64,000 nucleotides of DNA from Salpingoeca rosetta (taxonomy: Eukaryota; Protista; Choanoflagellata): the NCBI GenBank assembly GCA_033442325.1, contig JAWQFM010000001.1, forward strand, positions 2,776,882 to 2,840,881, given 5' to 3'. Below the pieces are notes generated by a model that made no database searches, had not been told where the DNA came from, and saw only the letters and a list, made by a program, of their open reading frames with translations. Made by a program: the position numbers and the translations under genes. Shown here piece by piece: positions 38,083 through 51,694 of this stretch. The stretch's first letter is position 1. Every line of letters starts with the position of its first letter.

Positions 38083-40537
38083 GTCACGTGGGCCAAGCAA
38101 GGCAGTAGCGCAGCGCACCTGGCCTGGCCAGTGCGGATATGAGCGGAAGCGGCACCACACGAGATCGCCCGGCTGTAGAGCGAGCAGCGCTTCCCGCGAC
38201 CACGTAAACGGCGAAATGTCTTGGCCTTTGTTGTTTTCGTGGCGCAGTGCACGGGCGAGAGGTGTGGGCAGCAATACATGCATGGTGTGGAGTGTGATTC
38301 AATAAGCTTGCGAGTGGACAAGCCAAAACTAAATATCTACGCTCCCTTCCAAACACATGCACACGCACACACGCACACACGCACACACCCACCCACCCAC
38401 ACACACCCACACGCACACACCCAAACACACACACACACCCAAACACACCCACACACACCCACACACCACACACACTTTCTCTCTCACACACGATTGCAAG
38501 CCCATCTTACTCTTGTCGGTGGCCGAGAGACGGGCAGTCCAGAGCGGGCTCGTGGGGTTGAGTGTGTTCGCATCGTGCATCGACGGTGCAATGCTGCCGT
38601 GAGCTGCTGACTTGAGCGCGCGCGAGGGAATGGCTGCATATAGCGGCGATGATGATGCTCGAGCTGCGGACGCCGTCACCTTCTTGGTTGCGGGAGATTG
38701 CTGCTTCTGCTTCTGTGGCGACAAGCGTGCGTTTGAGCGGCGTGGTTGCTGTCGCACCGGCTGCTTCGTCGCCTTGGTCGCCTTGGTCGCTGGCGTGCTA
38801 CCGCCCTTCTCCCGCGAGGCCCGCGTGACCTTGGCGGCTTTGCTGGGCGGCGTGGCGCCACCATCACCACTGCCGGCCACCTGCTTCTGCTTCCCTCCGC
38901 GAGACGCTGCCGCACCGGTTGAAGCACGTGTTGATGCGGACGGTGACGCCTCAACGTCCGCCTTTCGCTTGCCCCTCACGCCATCCGACGCCCGTCTTGC
39001 ACTGCCGCGTGTCCGCGGGCCAGCGGCATCATCCGCGCTTGGTGTTGCCGCCGGCCCTTCGCGAGATCTGCGCGTTTGGCGGCCCCTTCTCGACGAAGAC
39101 ACGCGTCCCGTTTCTTCTTCGCCGTCTGCCGCGCCTTGCTCTTGCTGTTCCTGCTCTGCCAAGGGGGAACTGGACGGACTATCAGCGGAAACAAATGTGT
39201 CCAGCAGGGAGGCAAGCGGCATGTCCCTGTATTCGGGCCGGTGCAGCTTGTTCTCAACGTCCTCAAGGCTCTCCGCCTGCGATGCAGCGTCGTGCACATG
39301 TGCAGGCGCGCGAGTGAGACACGCGTCACGAGTGAGTGCCTCAGAATGGGCGGGGGGATTTGCACGAGTGCAGCTTCCATTCTACAGACGCACAAAGAGA
39401 TGGACAAAAGGACGGACAAAGAGCCGCGCGGATGGACCGACACACAGACAGAGACACATACATACATACATACATACATACATACATACATACATACATA
39501 CATACATACATACATACATACATACATACAGACAGACAGACACAGACACACACACTGTGCACCTGGCTAAGCGCGATGCGGAAGACATCGGAGAGATAGT
39601 GCTCCTGCCCAGCCTGCACGAACGACGGGTGCTGGTGGCCGCGGAAGAGCCGGCAGTTGCGAAGCGGCGAGCTGAGGACTTCACTGTTGGAGGTGCCGGT
39701 GTGGTTCGGTCAGAGCAAGAGAGCAAGCGAGGGAAGGAGGGACAGAGGAAGACCGAAAGCACAAACATGTGTGAGATGAAAGCACACACGTATGTGATGG
39801 GAGCACAGCGGGCATGGTCACATCAATCAGCGTTCACCAACAAATGCACTCGCAGATGCACTCAGAGTGATACACACAGACATGGGCGCCAATAGTGTGC
39901 AAGCTGGACGGACGCCTCGAACACGACAACAAACGAAACAAACCAGAATCAAACAACCAACATCCCTGTTGCACGAGCAAAACGCACATGGTGTTGTCGC
40001 CGAAGAAGAGGACAGCAATCCTGTCTTTCAAGCGCGAGCGGAAGAGCCGACGCACGACACCGTGCAAGTCGGCGGGCGCTGCGTTGAGAACTTGCTTGCA
40101 GGCAATCGTGAACAGACGCGCCTTGATCACAGCGTCATCAGCACTCGATGCTGCCGCTTCATTGAGAGCAGGCGTACTCGTGCCCTCTTCAGCTTCCGTC
40201 TTGTCCGTGCTTGTCTTTGATTTCTTCGCTGGCGGTGGAGCGGCGTCGTGAGCGCCTGCTACGTCTCCTTTCTCATCATCCCCGTCCTGCTGCTGCTGTT
40301 CTTTCTGCTGCTGTTTCTGTTCTTTCTGTTCTTTCTGCTGTTTGGTAGCGCCCTCAACGAGCGCGTCAACGTCTTGCTGGCTCTCCGGCACAAGCGGATT
40401 GTTAACCACCTGCCAATGCCAACGCAATGGTGAGCCATGACGTTACCAACAAGACCGCAAAGTGAGCACCAGTTGACACAGCGCCCTGTGACAAAGCTTG
40501 CATGCAGGAGGATGAACAACAACAGCAACAACAACAA

Positions 40538-40605
<68 letters not shown>

Positions 40606-40728
40606 GCAAAACCAAGAAAAGGAAAGCAAAGACGGAGCAACCCACCATGGAAGGCCAAAATGGGTACGAGCGAAATCGGGTCCAAACGAGTGTGCCCGCA
40701 AACAGAGAGGACGGGTCGCCTATTGGAT

Positions 40729-40764
<36 letters not shown>

Positions 40765-41214
40765 CAAACACAATGCCGCAGATGCGAGTTAATTAGGAGG
40801 ACAAGACACTTAAACATCAAGGTAACTCAACGCAGGTCTTTGGTGTGCATGTAAATGTCTGGGCAAAGATAGTATCATCACATCAACGAACTGTTGTGCC
40901 ACAGCGTCATGTCAAACACACACTCACATTCAAGCTGATCTGGCTTTTGCTGCTCCTGCTCTTTCGCACTTGTCTGCTGCGACTTGTCTGCTTCCTCCTC
41001 TTCCTCCTCCTCCTCCTCCTCGTCATCATCGGCAGAGCCACCGCTACCACTGCCACTGCCTTCCTCGCTGCTGTCTCCGTCTTCCTCGCTGCCCTCCTTC
41101 TTGTCGTCCTTGGCTGCGTCCTTGCTGCCATCTTTTGCGGATTCCTCCAGCGTATCTACAATGCAACCATCCCCGATGCCAGGCAGTTTTGAAATAAGGT
41201 GTCACCGCACAAAA

Positions 41215-41252
<38 letters not shown>

Positions 41253-44200
41253 ACAGACACACACACACACACACACACACAGGAACAACAACAAGTTCTG
41301 CAGTGTTCGTACATGAGAGCGGTAGAGGGGCACGGTCGCCTGTGATGCCCATTCGGCGCTGCACACGAATCAGCTCAGCCAAGTTGCGCTCCTGCTCGCG
41401 GTGCCGCAACTGCCCTTTCCTGTTGCGCTCAGCAACCGTAGACCACTGCATATGCACGCACACATGCAGAAAAGCAGGGCGATCACAACGGCTGAGAGAA
41501 ATGGCATGCGTTCCCTCGCGAACAAACAAACAAAAATACGAGCCAGCAAAACAAACAAAACAAGCTCTTAAGGGTAACACGCACGAGTAACTCTCCAATC
41601 AATTTGCTGCACACGGTCTCACAACGCACCTCCGTCTCTGTGAGCTGCGCGTAGTCTGGCTCGGTGCGCCGGGTTGGGTGTTGTGCAGCATCTGCCCCCC
41701 TCCTCATGGTGTACCCTGTCCATGTCGACTGGGGAACACGCAGGGCCGTTGCATGCACGGCCTGCTTTCGGACATCAGCCTGGCCCTCTGTGATCATGTG
41801 CGCCGCCTCCAGGAGCGCGTCGGGATCGCTGCCGTTTGCATTGCGCACCACGCTCTGCAATGGAGAAAATGGGCGAGGCACGCGTAGAAAACAAACAAGG
41901 TGAGCGAGCATGCGGATACAAGGGCGTGAGAGACTGGAGAAGAGCCCGCGCAAAACCACCGGGCTGACACATCGACGAGGCGCGTGCGCACACTCGTACA
42001 TGCACACGCCACGAGGGCGGTGACCACCATCACCACCACCACCACCACCACCACCACGACAACCATCATCATCATTATCGCCGCTACACTACCTTGAGCA
42101 GGAGTTGCTGTCGTGGATCTGTATCGTCTTCCAGTGTCGTCTGAATGCGGGCAGAGACATGAAGGGCAAGATCACGTCACGGCACACGTGAGAAGTATCA
42201 CTTGGAAACACACACACACACACACAACGTCAGCTCTCACACACCCATGGAGCGTAAGCAGCACGCATAATCATCGTACAGAAGTGCAGATGTGTTTGAG
42301 GGCATCGGGGTGCTTGTCAGTTGGTTCGTAGCGCCGCGCATCAATCACGCGCTTGGAGCGGCCCGATTTGCGACGTCTGCACATCACGTGTGCGATGCAG
42401 GTGCAGCGTGTGAGCCGCACGTTACTAAGGCACGTGTACATCACAGGCAGACACACACACACACAGACAGACACATGCACACACTCACAAAAACGCGCAT
42501 ACAAAGCGTACATACGCGTAAAAGCGAAGCAAGGTTACGAGGATAACCAACCAACCAACCAACCCACCAACGCAAAAAAAAAACAAACAAACCAAAACGG
42601 CAGTCATACGTACTTGGCCTGATGGTGGGCGCGCTTAGGTCGGTCTGTGACCCCGAGGGATGAAGCCGTGGGCGAGGCAGAAGCTGCGGTGGCAGCTGTT
42701 GCGGTTGCTGTGGGCGCTGCTTCAGCGGCACCACTGTCAGCTTCATCGCGGGCTTGCTTCTGCTGCTGCTTCTGATGTTGTTGTTGCTGCTGCGTGCGCC
42801 GTTGCTGCTGCTGATGTAAGGCAAACGCACGCCGAAGAAAACCGGCCGGCTTGACGCCAGGGCCACCCTCTGCTTCCGCGTCATCCTTCATCCACACATC
42901 ATCGTCTTCATCGTCTTCATTGTCACTGCCTTGTTCGCGCCGAGCGCCTGCTTCCGTGCCAGCCTGGTGAGCAGACCAGCTCCCACCAGCGGCATCCGCC
43001 CTCATCTGCGCCACCCGGGATGAGTTGCCTGTGCGCCGTGCACCGGGCGTCCTGTTCTTGTGCCCATCGAGTGCTCCACCCAGCTTGTTCAAGATGCGTT
43101 GCAGGCGTCGCGCCTTCTTCGTCTCCTCGTCCATCACGGGCTCGTCCGCCCCTTCATCCTCAGTCGTTCGCTGCGACGCTGCGGCTGCAGCTGCAGCTGC
43201 AGATTCTTGCTCACTCTCTGCCTCAGCGTGGGGTGTGGATGCGGGAGCAGGAGTGACGGCAGGAGAAGGTTTCTGGCGCTGCTCTGCAGGCTGCCTCGCT
43301 GACGGTTCAGCAGCGCCGGTGTCGCTTTCCACCTCTGGCTCTGATTTTGCGTGCTTCGCACCCTTTCTCTTTTTCTTCCCAGCACCTGCCTCGAGCTTCT
43401 TCTGCTTGTTCTGCTTCTTGTTCTGCTCAGTCTGGCCTGTTTTGGGCTTGCGCGACGACTCGTCTGTGCGCGTGCGTCGGCGCTTCGGCAAGATGCCGGC
43501 AATAACTCCCCCGCTCTTTTGCTTCACTTGATGCTGTTGTGCAGGTGGTTGGTGTTGCTGAGGATCATGTGTTGGTGCCTGTGCATCTGCTCTTGCTGCG
43601 TGTAACGCTTGCTGCTGGTCGGGAGGGAAGAAAGCTGGCGATGCGGTGCCTGACTGGCCATCAGCCTGCTGCTGGTGCTGCTGGTGCTGGTGCTGCTGAC
43701 GCGCATGTGCTTTCTGCGCTGGTGGTGGCAGCAGTGGAAGCGTGGGCGATTCCGTGTCTCGGACTTGGCTGTGGTCGCGATTCTGCTCGTCGTCACCGCC
43801 ATTGCCGGTGGTTGCGGCACCACTCCTGCGATCACCACCATCACCACCACCACCACCCTCTGGTTCAAGAAAGATTGAGAGGACGTTTGTCTTGGACTTG
43901 TGCTGTTTTGCTGTGCTGGCTTCAGATGGGTGTTGGGATGGGTGGCGTTCTGCGCTGCTACGCCTCTTCGCCTGCTGCTCTCTTCTTCCCTTCTTCTCAC
44001 TGACATCCGCCTCGCCCTTCTTCTTTCTTCTCTTCTTCTTCTTCTTCTTCGCCTTGGCATCATCACTCGGGCTGTGGGATGCAGATGCAGCCTGCGTCTC
44101 GCCCGCCGCTTGCGCACGTGCGCCACGCTCCTTCTTGGACTTTTTAGACTTCTTCTTCTTCTTCCGCTTGCCCGGTGCTTCCGCTGTCGCTACAGCGGCT

Positions 44201-46661
44201 CCGCTCACCGCCACTTGCTGCTGGTGCTGTGGTGGTAGTTGTGAGTGGTGCGTGCTGGGCAGCGAGGGGCGCCCAACTGCACCGCCTGGGCTGCTGCCCA
44301 CGGCACCAACGTTGCCTGCAGGCATGTTGCCTGGTTGCAGACCACCATGCATCATCATAGTTGCCTGGGGCGCACCAGGAATGACACCAACAGCGCCTGT
44401 CTTGAGTTGCTGTGCCCGTTGCTGCTGCTGCTGCTGCTGTTGCTGTTGTGAAAGTGCGGCAGAAGGGAGGGTGCCAGCTGGCTGCAGCATGGCATGGGTG
44501 ACGACGCGTGATGTGCTGGGCTGACTCCACGCGGCCGTCATGCCCAAACGCGGCGCTGGCGCAACCTGTCGCATGTACGGCGGATGCGCAGCTGAGGAGT
44601 ACACGGCGTGTTGGACGCCGGGCTGTTGCTGTTGCGGCAAGCGCCCCCCTTGCGCCACAAACGACGCCAGCATGCTGGTTGTGGTGATGGGCGCCCGCAG
44701 GGTGGAGGGCATCGCCTGGGCCGACATGGAGGGGTTGACTGCGTGTCCCTGTGGCACCATGCTGCGCTGCATGCCCGCAGCAAGCCCTGATGCTGACACC
44801 AGCCCTGTCGTCACGCCTCGCCCGTGCTGTTGCATGGGCTGGCTCCCATACGCAGCGTATGCGTTGGTGCTGGGCAGATGTGTGTTTGAGAGCATGCCTG
44901 GCTGCTGCTGATACCGTGGCTGCTGCTGGTAGCTTGTTGCCGTGGGCAGCATGAGCGTGCTCTGTGGCGCAGCTGCAGGTGCCTGCTGCATGGCCAGCCA
45001 TGCTGTGGTGTTTGGTGTTCCCATGGTCGGTGGGAACGACAGGGAAGCCGTCATCTGGTGTTGCCGGGCGACGGGCGGTGCCACCATTGCCGTGTGTGCG
45101 GGCGCTTGTGCGGCAGCAGACACGGCCGTCATGAAGGAGGACGCAACAGAGGCTAGCTGGCTGCCTGGTGCGGGCATGGTTGGTCCTGCCGCGGGCGTAA
45201 GGTTCAGTCCACCTGCGTGGTTGTTGCGGTGGGCTGGTGCAGGGTTTACGTTGCGGTTGCCTTGCACCATGTGTGGTGAGGGCTGGCTGCGCTGATGCAT
45301 TGGTTGCGCTGGGGCGGTTCCCACTGCAGTCGCAGCACGAGCGCTTGCCGAGGCGGCTCTGGTGGGTGCAGTGCCCGTGCCCGCTGGCTTCCTTCTCGTG
45401 TGCACGTTCGCTGACCTCTGGGAGGCTTCAATGCTCTTGTGCAAATCCGCCTTCAGATCCCGCAGACTCGACATTGAGCGTGTGGTTAGCCAGGGCGCTA
45501 CAACGTAGCGCGCTGACGGCCATTCGGTGGACGATGGAGCAATGCACGTGCTTGTGCCTGCCACCTGAACAGAACTTGCGCTGGCCGCATGCCCTGGCAT
45601 TGCCACTCTACCGTGGCTCACATCTTGCTCACCTGCTTGCGGTCGGAGTGATTCATGTGAGGGTATGGTCCAAAGTAGATGCAGATGGCACGTATATGTA
45701 CAACAATGTCCAAGACGAACACGTACAAGGAGATGGATGTTTGGCGGTCCCATGATGAGCATTTAGCGGCGTTGAGGAGGCAAAGGTTGCATGCGCAGTG
45801 ATTGAAGCGCACAACGCCCGCGCGCGAGTTTGTGTTTGTGTACGAGTGGGTGTATGTGTGCGTGTTCATGTGCGCGTGTGTGCGGGGGGGGGGGCGATGG
45901 ATTGTGTGTATGTGTGTGTGCAATTGTGTGTGTGTGTGTGTGCGATTGTGTGAGTGCTCAAATGGCACATGATGGCATGTGCATTGGCAATGGTGAGCAC
46001 GCCTAACGCAGGCAAGGTGGGCGGTTGCGCAGCATTGTGGAGAGCGGGATGTAAGCTGTCTGTTTTCTACGACCGAGCAAGGAACGAAAAGCGGCGAACC
46101 TTGCGGGGTGGGAGGGGTGACGGTGGACGTTGTTGTTGGGGTTGAGCTGTTTGAAGCGTTTGAGACACGCTGTTTGGGCGTCTTGGAGCGTGAATGGCGC
46201 TGCTGCGATTGCTTCTTCGAGGATGGGGGGTGTGTCTCTCGTACGCTGGCCGTCGAGGACGAAGGACGGATTTCCAGCTGGGGCGAAGACGGCCCTGATT
46301 TCACCTGGTGCGCGGAGTGCACAGTCTCACCCTCGTCACCATGGCTGCCGCGGTTGTGTGTTTCAGTCGGTACAGGTGCCGCTGGTGCGGCTTCTTCTTG
46401 TTGCTGCTGCTGCTGCTGCTGTGTCTGCTGTGTCGTCTCCTTGGCGTCATCATTGTCGGTCGGTTGTCGTGTTGGCAGCGTGTGTGCTGGTGCATGTGGA
46501 GTGGAAGAAGCGTCCTGCTGTGGCGCAGGGGTTGACTGTGACGATGGCTGGTCCGCAGCACTCGTAGCTGCGTTCGTGCTCACATCTGCAGGGCTCGGAC
46601 CTGACCCCGACAGCGCATCGTGTTGTTCTTCGGTATCTTCCTCAGACACCAGCGAAGCCAT
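36941..46661 (-). CDS. Large low-complexity nuclear protein with two PWWP domains
   Basis: Phase-consistent exon chain from ~46661 through the 45632-42614 exon (K-rich NLS-like tracts) to PWWP1 (GTLVWTRFRSYPFWPSM..IAVLFFGDNT, ~40720-39990) and PWWP2 (GDLVWCRFRSYPHWPGQ..VWIAFFGDNT, ~38190-37755). TAG at 36941. The true start may lie in an upstream exon near 46960. Confidence 0.75.
39456..39530. repeat. (CATA)n tetranucleotide microsatellite
   Basis: Read directly from the sequence; intronic. Confidence 0.9.
40514..40607. repeat. (CAA)n microsatellite in an intron of the PWWP gene
   Basis: Read directly from the sequence. Confidence 0.9.
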
Positions 46662-48031
46662 CTCAGGTGTCTCTTGCCTGATATGAGGTGTATGTCATGT
46701 CGTCGTTGTTGTTGATGGCAGGTACATGTTTGTGTGCGTATGTGCGTGTGTGTTTGTTTGTGTGTACAGGAGTGAATGGTTGTGGGTGTGTTTTTGCGAG
46801 TGTGCGTGCGTGTTTGTGTGTGTGTGTGTGTGTGTGTGGGGGGGGGGGAATGTTTGTGTGTGCGTTTGTGTATGTGTGCGTGTGTGCGTGTGTGTGTGTG
46901 TGAGTGAGTGGAAAGCAAGGCGACGAGAAAGGTGGGTGGCTTGAAGGAACGTACGCAACAGTCATGTACATCCACACCTCCCAGACATGGCCAAACACAC
47001 TCGACAAAGGCCCATACAGACGCAGGCACACATACATCGCAGGCACACATGTACTGCACGGCTCATGCGACACGCATACCAATCAAACAGACCCACGCAC
47101 AAGGCTCAGTTTCATCTCCACATCAGTTACGTTACAGGGCTGTTTGGGCAAGCACTCACGCTAGCGACGAAGACAGCTCCACACTCATTGGCACCTCCAT
47201 GGGGAGGGGTGATGGTGCGTGTGCCTATGGTGCAACAACCAGATGTGGATAAACGGCAAGGGTTATTAGAGGGGTGTCTGTGGTTGGATCAGAAACACAC
47301 AAACAACAGTCAACCACAGAAATAACGGTGCGCTTGAAAAGCATGGGTTGTGGGTGCTTTGGCAGGAGCCCGCTTGTGCGTGAAAGCGCGCCGCCCTGCG
47401 ACCCATGCACAGAGAGGCACAGGGCGGATCGCTTGGTCCAGAGCAAACCAAACTCAACAAAACACCAACCAAGCAAGCCACGTGACCTGCAAAAGGTTTC
47501 ATGTTCTCACGGTCACAAAGCGCACCTGAGGAGGAACACCCCGGTTATGGGTGTGTGTGCCGGTTCCGTTCCTCCGGTTTGCAGGCGGTCGGCGAGGGAG
47601 CGCACGAACGCACGAGTTCTACGCTGTTCTTCGTCTCTCTTGTTGAGTGATGGGGACTCCTTACCCGATCTGAGGTGGAAGGAAGCAGGAGCGCCGAAAC
47701 TGTGTGAGCGTGTGTGCGTGTGCGTCTCTGTGTGCGGACCGAGTCCTTGCAACAACGTGGGCAAGCGGAAGAAGGGAGTGCTGTTGAGAGTTGATGATGA
47801 TGATGTCTGGGCGAGCGGGAGTGGGGTCGGGGTGCGTTTTTTTGATTTGACCTCCTCTGGCTGGCTGGCGGGTCTTTGTTTTGTGTTGTCCGTTGAAGAG
47901 AAGAAGACGGGAAAAATTACATTTTTTTTTCAAGACATCGACAGCGACACATAAAAACATAGCCACTTTCACTGTGCTGTTTGTGTTGAGCTGAGCACTG
48001 ACGCTCCATCAAGACAAGCAAGACAAGCAAG

Positions 48032-50701
48032 ATGCAGCTTGGTGCTGTTGTCGTGGGCGCCATCCTGATGGCTGTCTCTGTACATGCCGACGTCATGCAA
48101 GAGCCATCAACCACGGCACATTTGAATGGCGTTAAATTGTGAGCGTGTGCGTGCGTGTGTGCGTGTGTGTGCGTGTGTGCATGTGGGTGTGTGTGTTGTG
48201 TTGTGTTGTGTTGTGTTGTGTTGTGTTGTGTTGTGTTGTGTCGTGTGTGTGCGTGTGCGTGCGTGTGTGCGTGTGTGTGTGTGTGTGCGTGTGTGTGTGT
48301 GCGTGTGTGTGTGCGGTTGTGTGCATGTGCATGTGCCAGTGGAGGGCTGTATTTGTGTTGTCAAGCGTAGAGCTCTTGAAGCTGACTTTGTCGCATTCTT
48401 ATGGCCACATTCACACCAGTGCCGAGGACGGTGGTGAAATGAAGCTGCAGCTGATGACAGACCAGGTGGATGATGGTGTCGTGTGCCTGGATGGAACCGC
48501 CGCTGGTTACTACTTTGCACCTGCTGCCAACTCTTCCACAGCCACAAAGTGGCAAATCTACTTCCAAGGTGTGCGTGTGTGTGTGGATTAAATGCACACA
48601 CTGGAAACACGGGTGTGTTTCGGTGTCAGTGTTGTGTCTGAGGTTGTGCAGACGGCTTCATGATCAACGTGCCCCGCACCACCTTTCTCTGTCCTCGTGC
48701 AGGTGGTGGCTGGTGCTACGACGAACAGGATTGCTGGGGACGTAGCAAAACAGACCTTGGCTCTTCCAAGTCGTACGTTATCACGTCTTTGTGCATGTGT
48801 GGGAGTGTGCACGTGTGTGAGTATGTGTAGACCCATGTGTGCATGTGTGTGGCGGCGTTTTCGTTGTTGATATGTGTGCGGCTGCTGTGCCCATCTTGCT
48901 CCTGCCTGATACTGCGCATGCATGGTCTGTTGTCTCCACTCGGGCAGGTGGCCAGCCACATCCTCCATTGATGGCATCATGAGCAGCGACTGCAACGTCA
49001 ACCCCGACTTCTGCAACTGGAACCGCGTTCACATTGGGTACGTCATCAGCTCTCACACGTTGTTTGCCACAGTCAACCACACACACACATGCACACACAC
49101 ATGCACACACACACACACACTCACTCACACTCACACACACACTCACACTCACACACACACACACACTCACACACACACACACACTTACTCACTCCATGCA
49201 GTCATTACATTGTCCTCATAACCTGGTCACCGATGTGGATCTCAAGACGTGTATGGCGTCTCTTACTGTTCCTGCTACCTATGAGAGTGGACTTCTAACT
49301 TTAGCGGGTTCAGTAATTTGCTTAGATGAACATGGCAATTTATCTACGTAAATAACATTCTCCTTTATATGTTGCGGGACTCCGCCACATGTATGTTGGT
49401 CCGATTGCGTGCATTCATGATCTTAGTTACGGGCGCACGGAATATTCTGTTCATCCCAACCTTAAGCATATTAGTACATATTCAGGCTGCAAAAAAGCCC
49501 CAAGGTGATCAGACGGATCGCGGCGGGAATCCTCTCACCTTCCTTAGTTTCACAGTGATGTAAGCTTCCCAAGGTCGCACCGGGGAGAACTTGTCTGACT
49601 CCTATTCCAGTCACAGCGGCTCACACCTCGGTTGTTCAACGTTGATACCTGAAGGCTTACCGAAATTCTATGTGAACCCGAAGAGACGTCTAATCAGAGC
49701 ACTATAAACCGCCACACTGAACCAAGCGGTTTATTTTTTAACCGCGGGCATGCAGCGTTAGGTGCGCACAAGCCATAGCCGATTAGAGCTTACGGTCATG
49801 AAAGACACACTTACTCACTCACACTCACACACACTCACACACACACACTCACACACACACACACTTACTCACTCACACTCACACACACACACACTTACTC
49901 ACTCACACTCACACACACACACTCACTCACACTCACACATGCACACTCACACATGTACACGATGCGTCGCCAATATCGCTTTGGCGCGACATGACATGTT
50001 ATGATGACGCAGCTACTGTGATGGCAACTCCTTCAGCGGAAATCGCGACGAGCCCATTGTTGTGAATGGTGACAAGGTCTGCAGCATCGCATTGCGTGCA
50101 GGCGTACATGCACGTGCTCGTGAAGAGATGACTGGGTGTGCAGGCCTGACCCACACATGACACATGAGAATCACACCCCTCTCCTGAAGTGTTGGTGGAG
50201 AACAACGAACGCATGTGCGCTTGGTTATCCCTCTGTCTTCACATCCTCAACACTCATGCATGCTGTGCTGTGGCTCTTCCAGGTTTACTTCCGTGGCCAT
50301 CGCATTGTCGACGCCGTGCTCAAGTGAGCTGCGCTCGCTATGGCGATGCACAACACATCCTCTCCTGCGATTTGATTTTCATAACCTACACACACTCACG
50401 CACACACACGCACACACACACTAGCACACGCACGCACACACACAAACACATCCTATCTCTCTCTCACACACACACACACAACCTCCTCGTGTCTTGCGGT
50501 CGCTCAGGTCGCTGATGGCCAAGGGCCTGTCGTCTGCCACCGACGTTCTCCTCACGGGGTGCTCTGCAGGCGGACTCGCAACATATCTCCACGCAGGTGC
50601 AGCAGTTACTACCCCCCTCTCGTTCTGTACATGTGGATGAGTGTGTGTGTGTGTACATGTTATTGACTCCTGTCTATCACATGTGCGGTTGTCGCTTGTG
50701 C

Positions 50702-50752
<51 letters not shown>

Positions 50753-51661
50753 CCCCCCCCCCCCCTGTCGTTTGTTGCGGCTGTGTTCAGATTACGTGCA
50801 TGATCAGCTGCAGCAGAGCGTGTCCACACTGAAGACTTTCAAGGCACTCTCCATCTCCGGCTTCTTTCTCCTCCACGACACTGTCGAAGGTATGGCAGGG
50901 CTTTTAAAACGAGCGGGAAGGAATGTGAAAACATGAACGCGCGTGCATGCATGCGATTGCGCCTGTGTGCGTGCGAGGGTGCGTGTGTTCAAGTGCCCGG
51001 GGCTGTGTTGCACCAGCATGCGTTCTTCAAGGTGCAAGGGTGCCAGAGATCTGAGAGCTTATTGGTTGTTTGGTTTACGTTTTGGTGATGGTGCTGGTGC
51101 TTGCAGGCAAGCCTGTGTATCCCAACCAGATGAACACCATTTTCCTGCTGTCCAACGCCACGCATGGCGTCAACGACAAATGCATTGCAAGGTGCGTGTG
51201 CAGTGGCGGTGTGCACGTGTGTATGCATGTGTGCGGTTTTGTGTGCGCGTGTGTGCATGTGTGCGTGCATCGGTGTTGAATGTGATGATCTGATTTGTTG
51301 TCCACTCATTTACGGCAACACATCCTTCGCGTACAATCAAACGTCTCAACGGCACCATACACAGCAAGCCGTCGTTTCTGCAGTGGCAGTGCAACTTTGC
51401 TGCTGATACGTATCAAGTCATCGAAAGCCCATTCTTCGTGCTCAACTCGGGTGTGTCATGTGCGTCGTGCGCGTGTCAACGCGACACTCTTTGCTCTCAA
51501 CGGCTTGATTCGTGGATGTGCTGTTCGTGGCGTGCATGCGCGCAGAACGCATGTTGAGACAAACGCTGTCACCTCGTACGCCCACGTGTGATTGCGACAG
51601 CATTTCTGGAATTTGCACGCTCATACACACACACGTACAATGCACATACAACGCACACGCC

Positions 51662-51694
<33 letters not shown>

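Noticed and set aside
49257-49688. Long-range 8-bp complementarities (CGTCTCTT/AAGAGACG, CGGGTTCA/TGAACCCG) and 8-bp direct repeats within the insert
   Set aside because: A few 8-bp matches are expected by chance in 610 bp, and no group I/II intron, tRNA or CRISPR pattern was recognisable.
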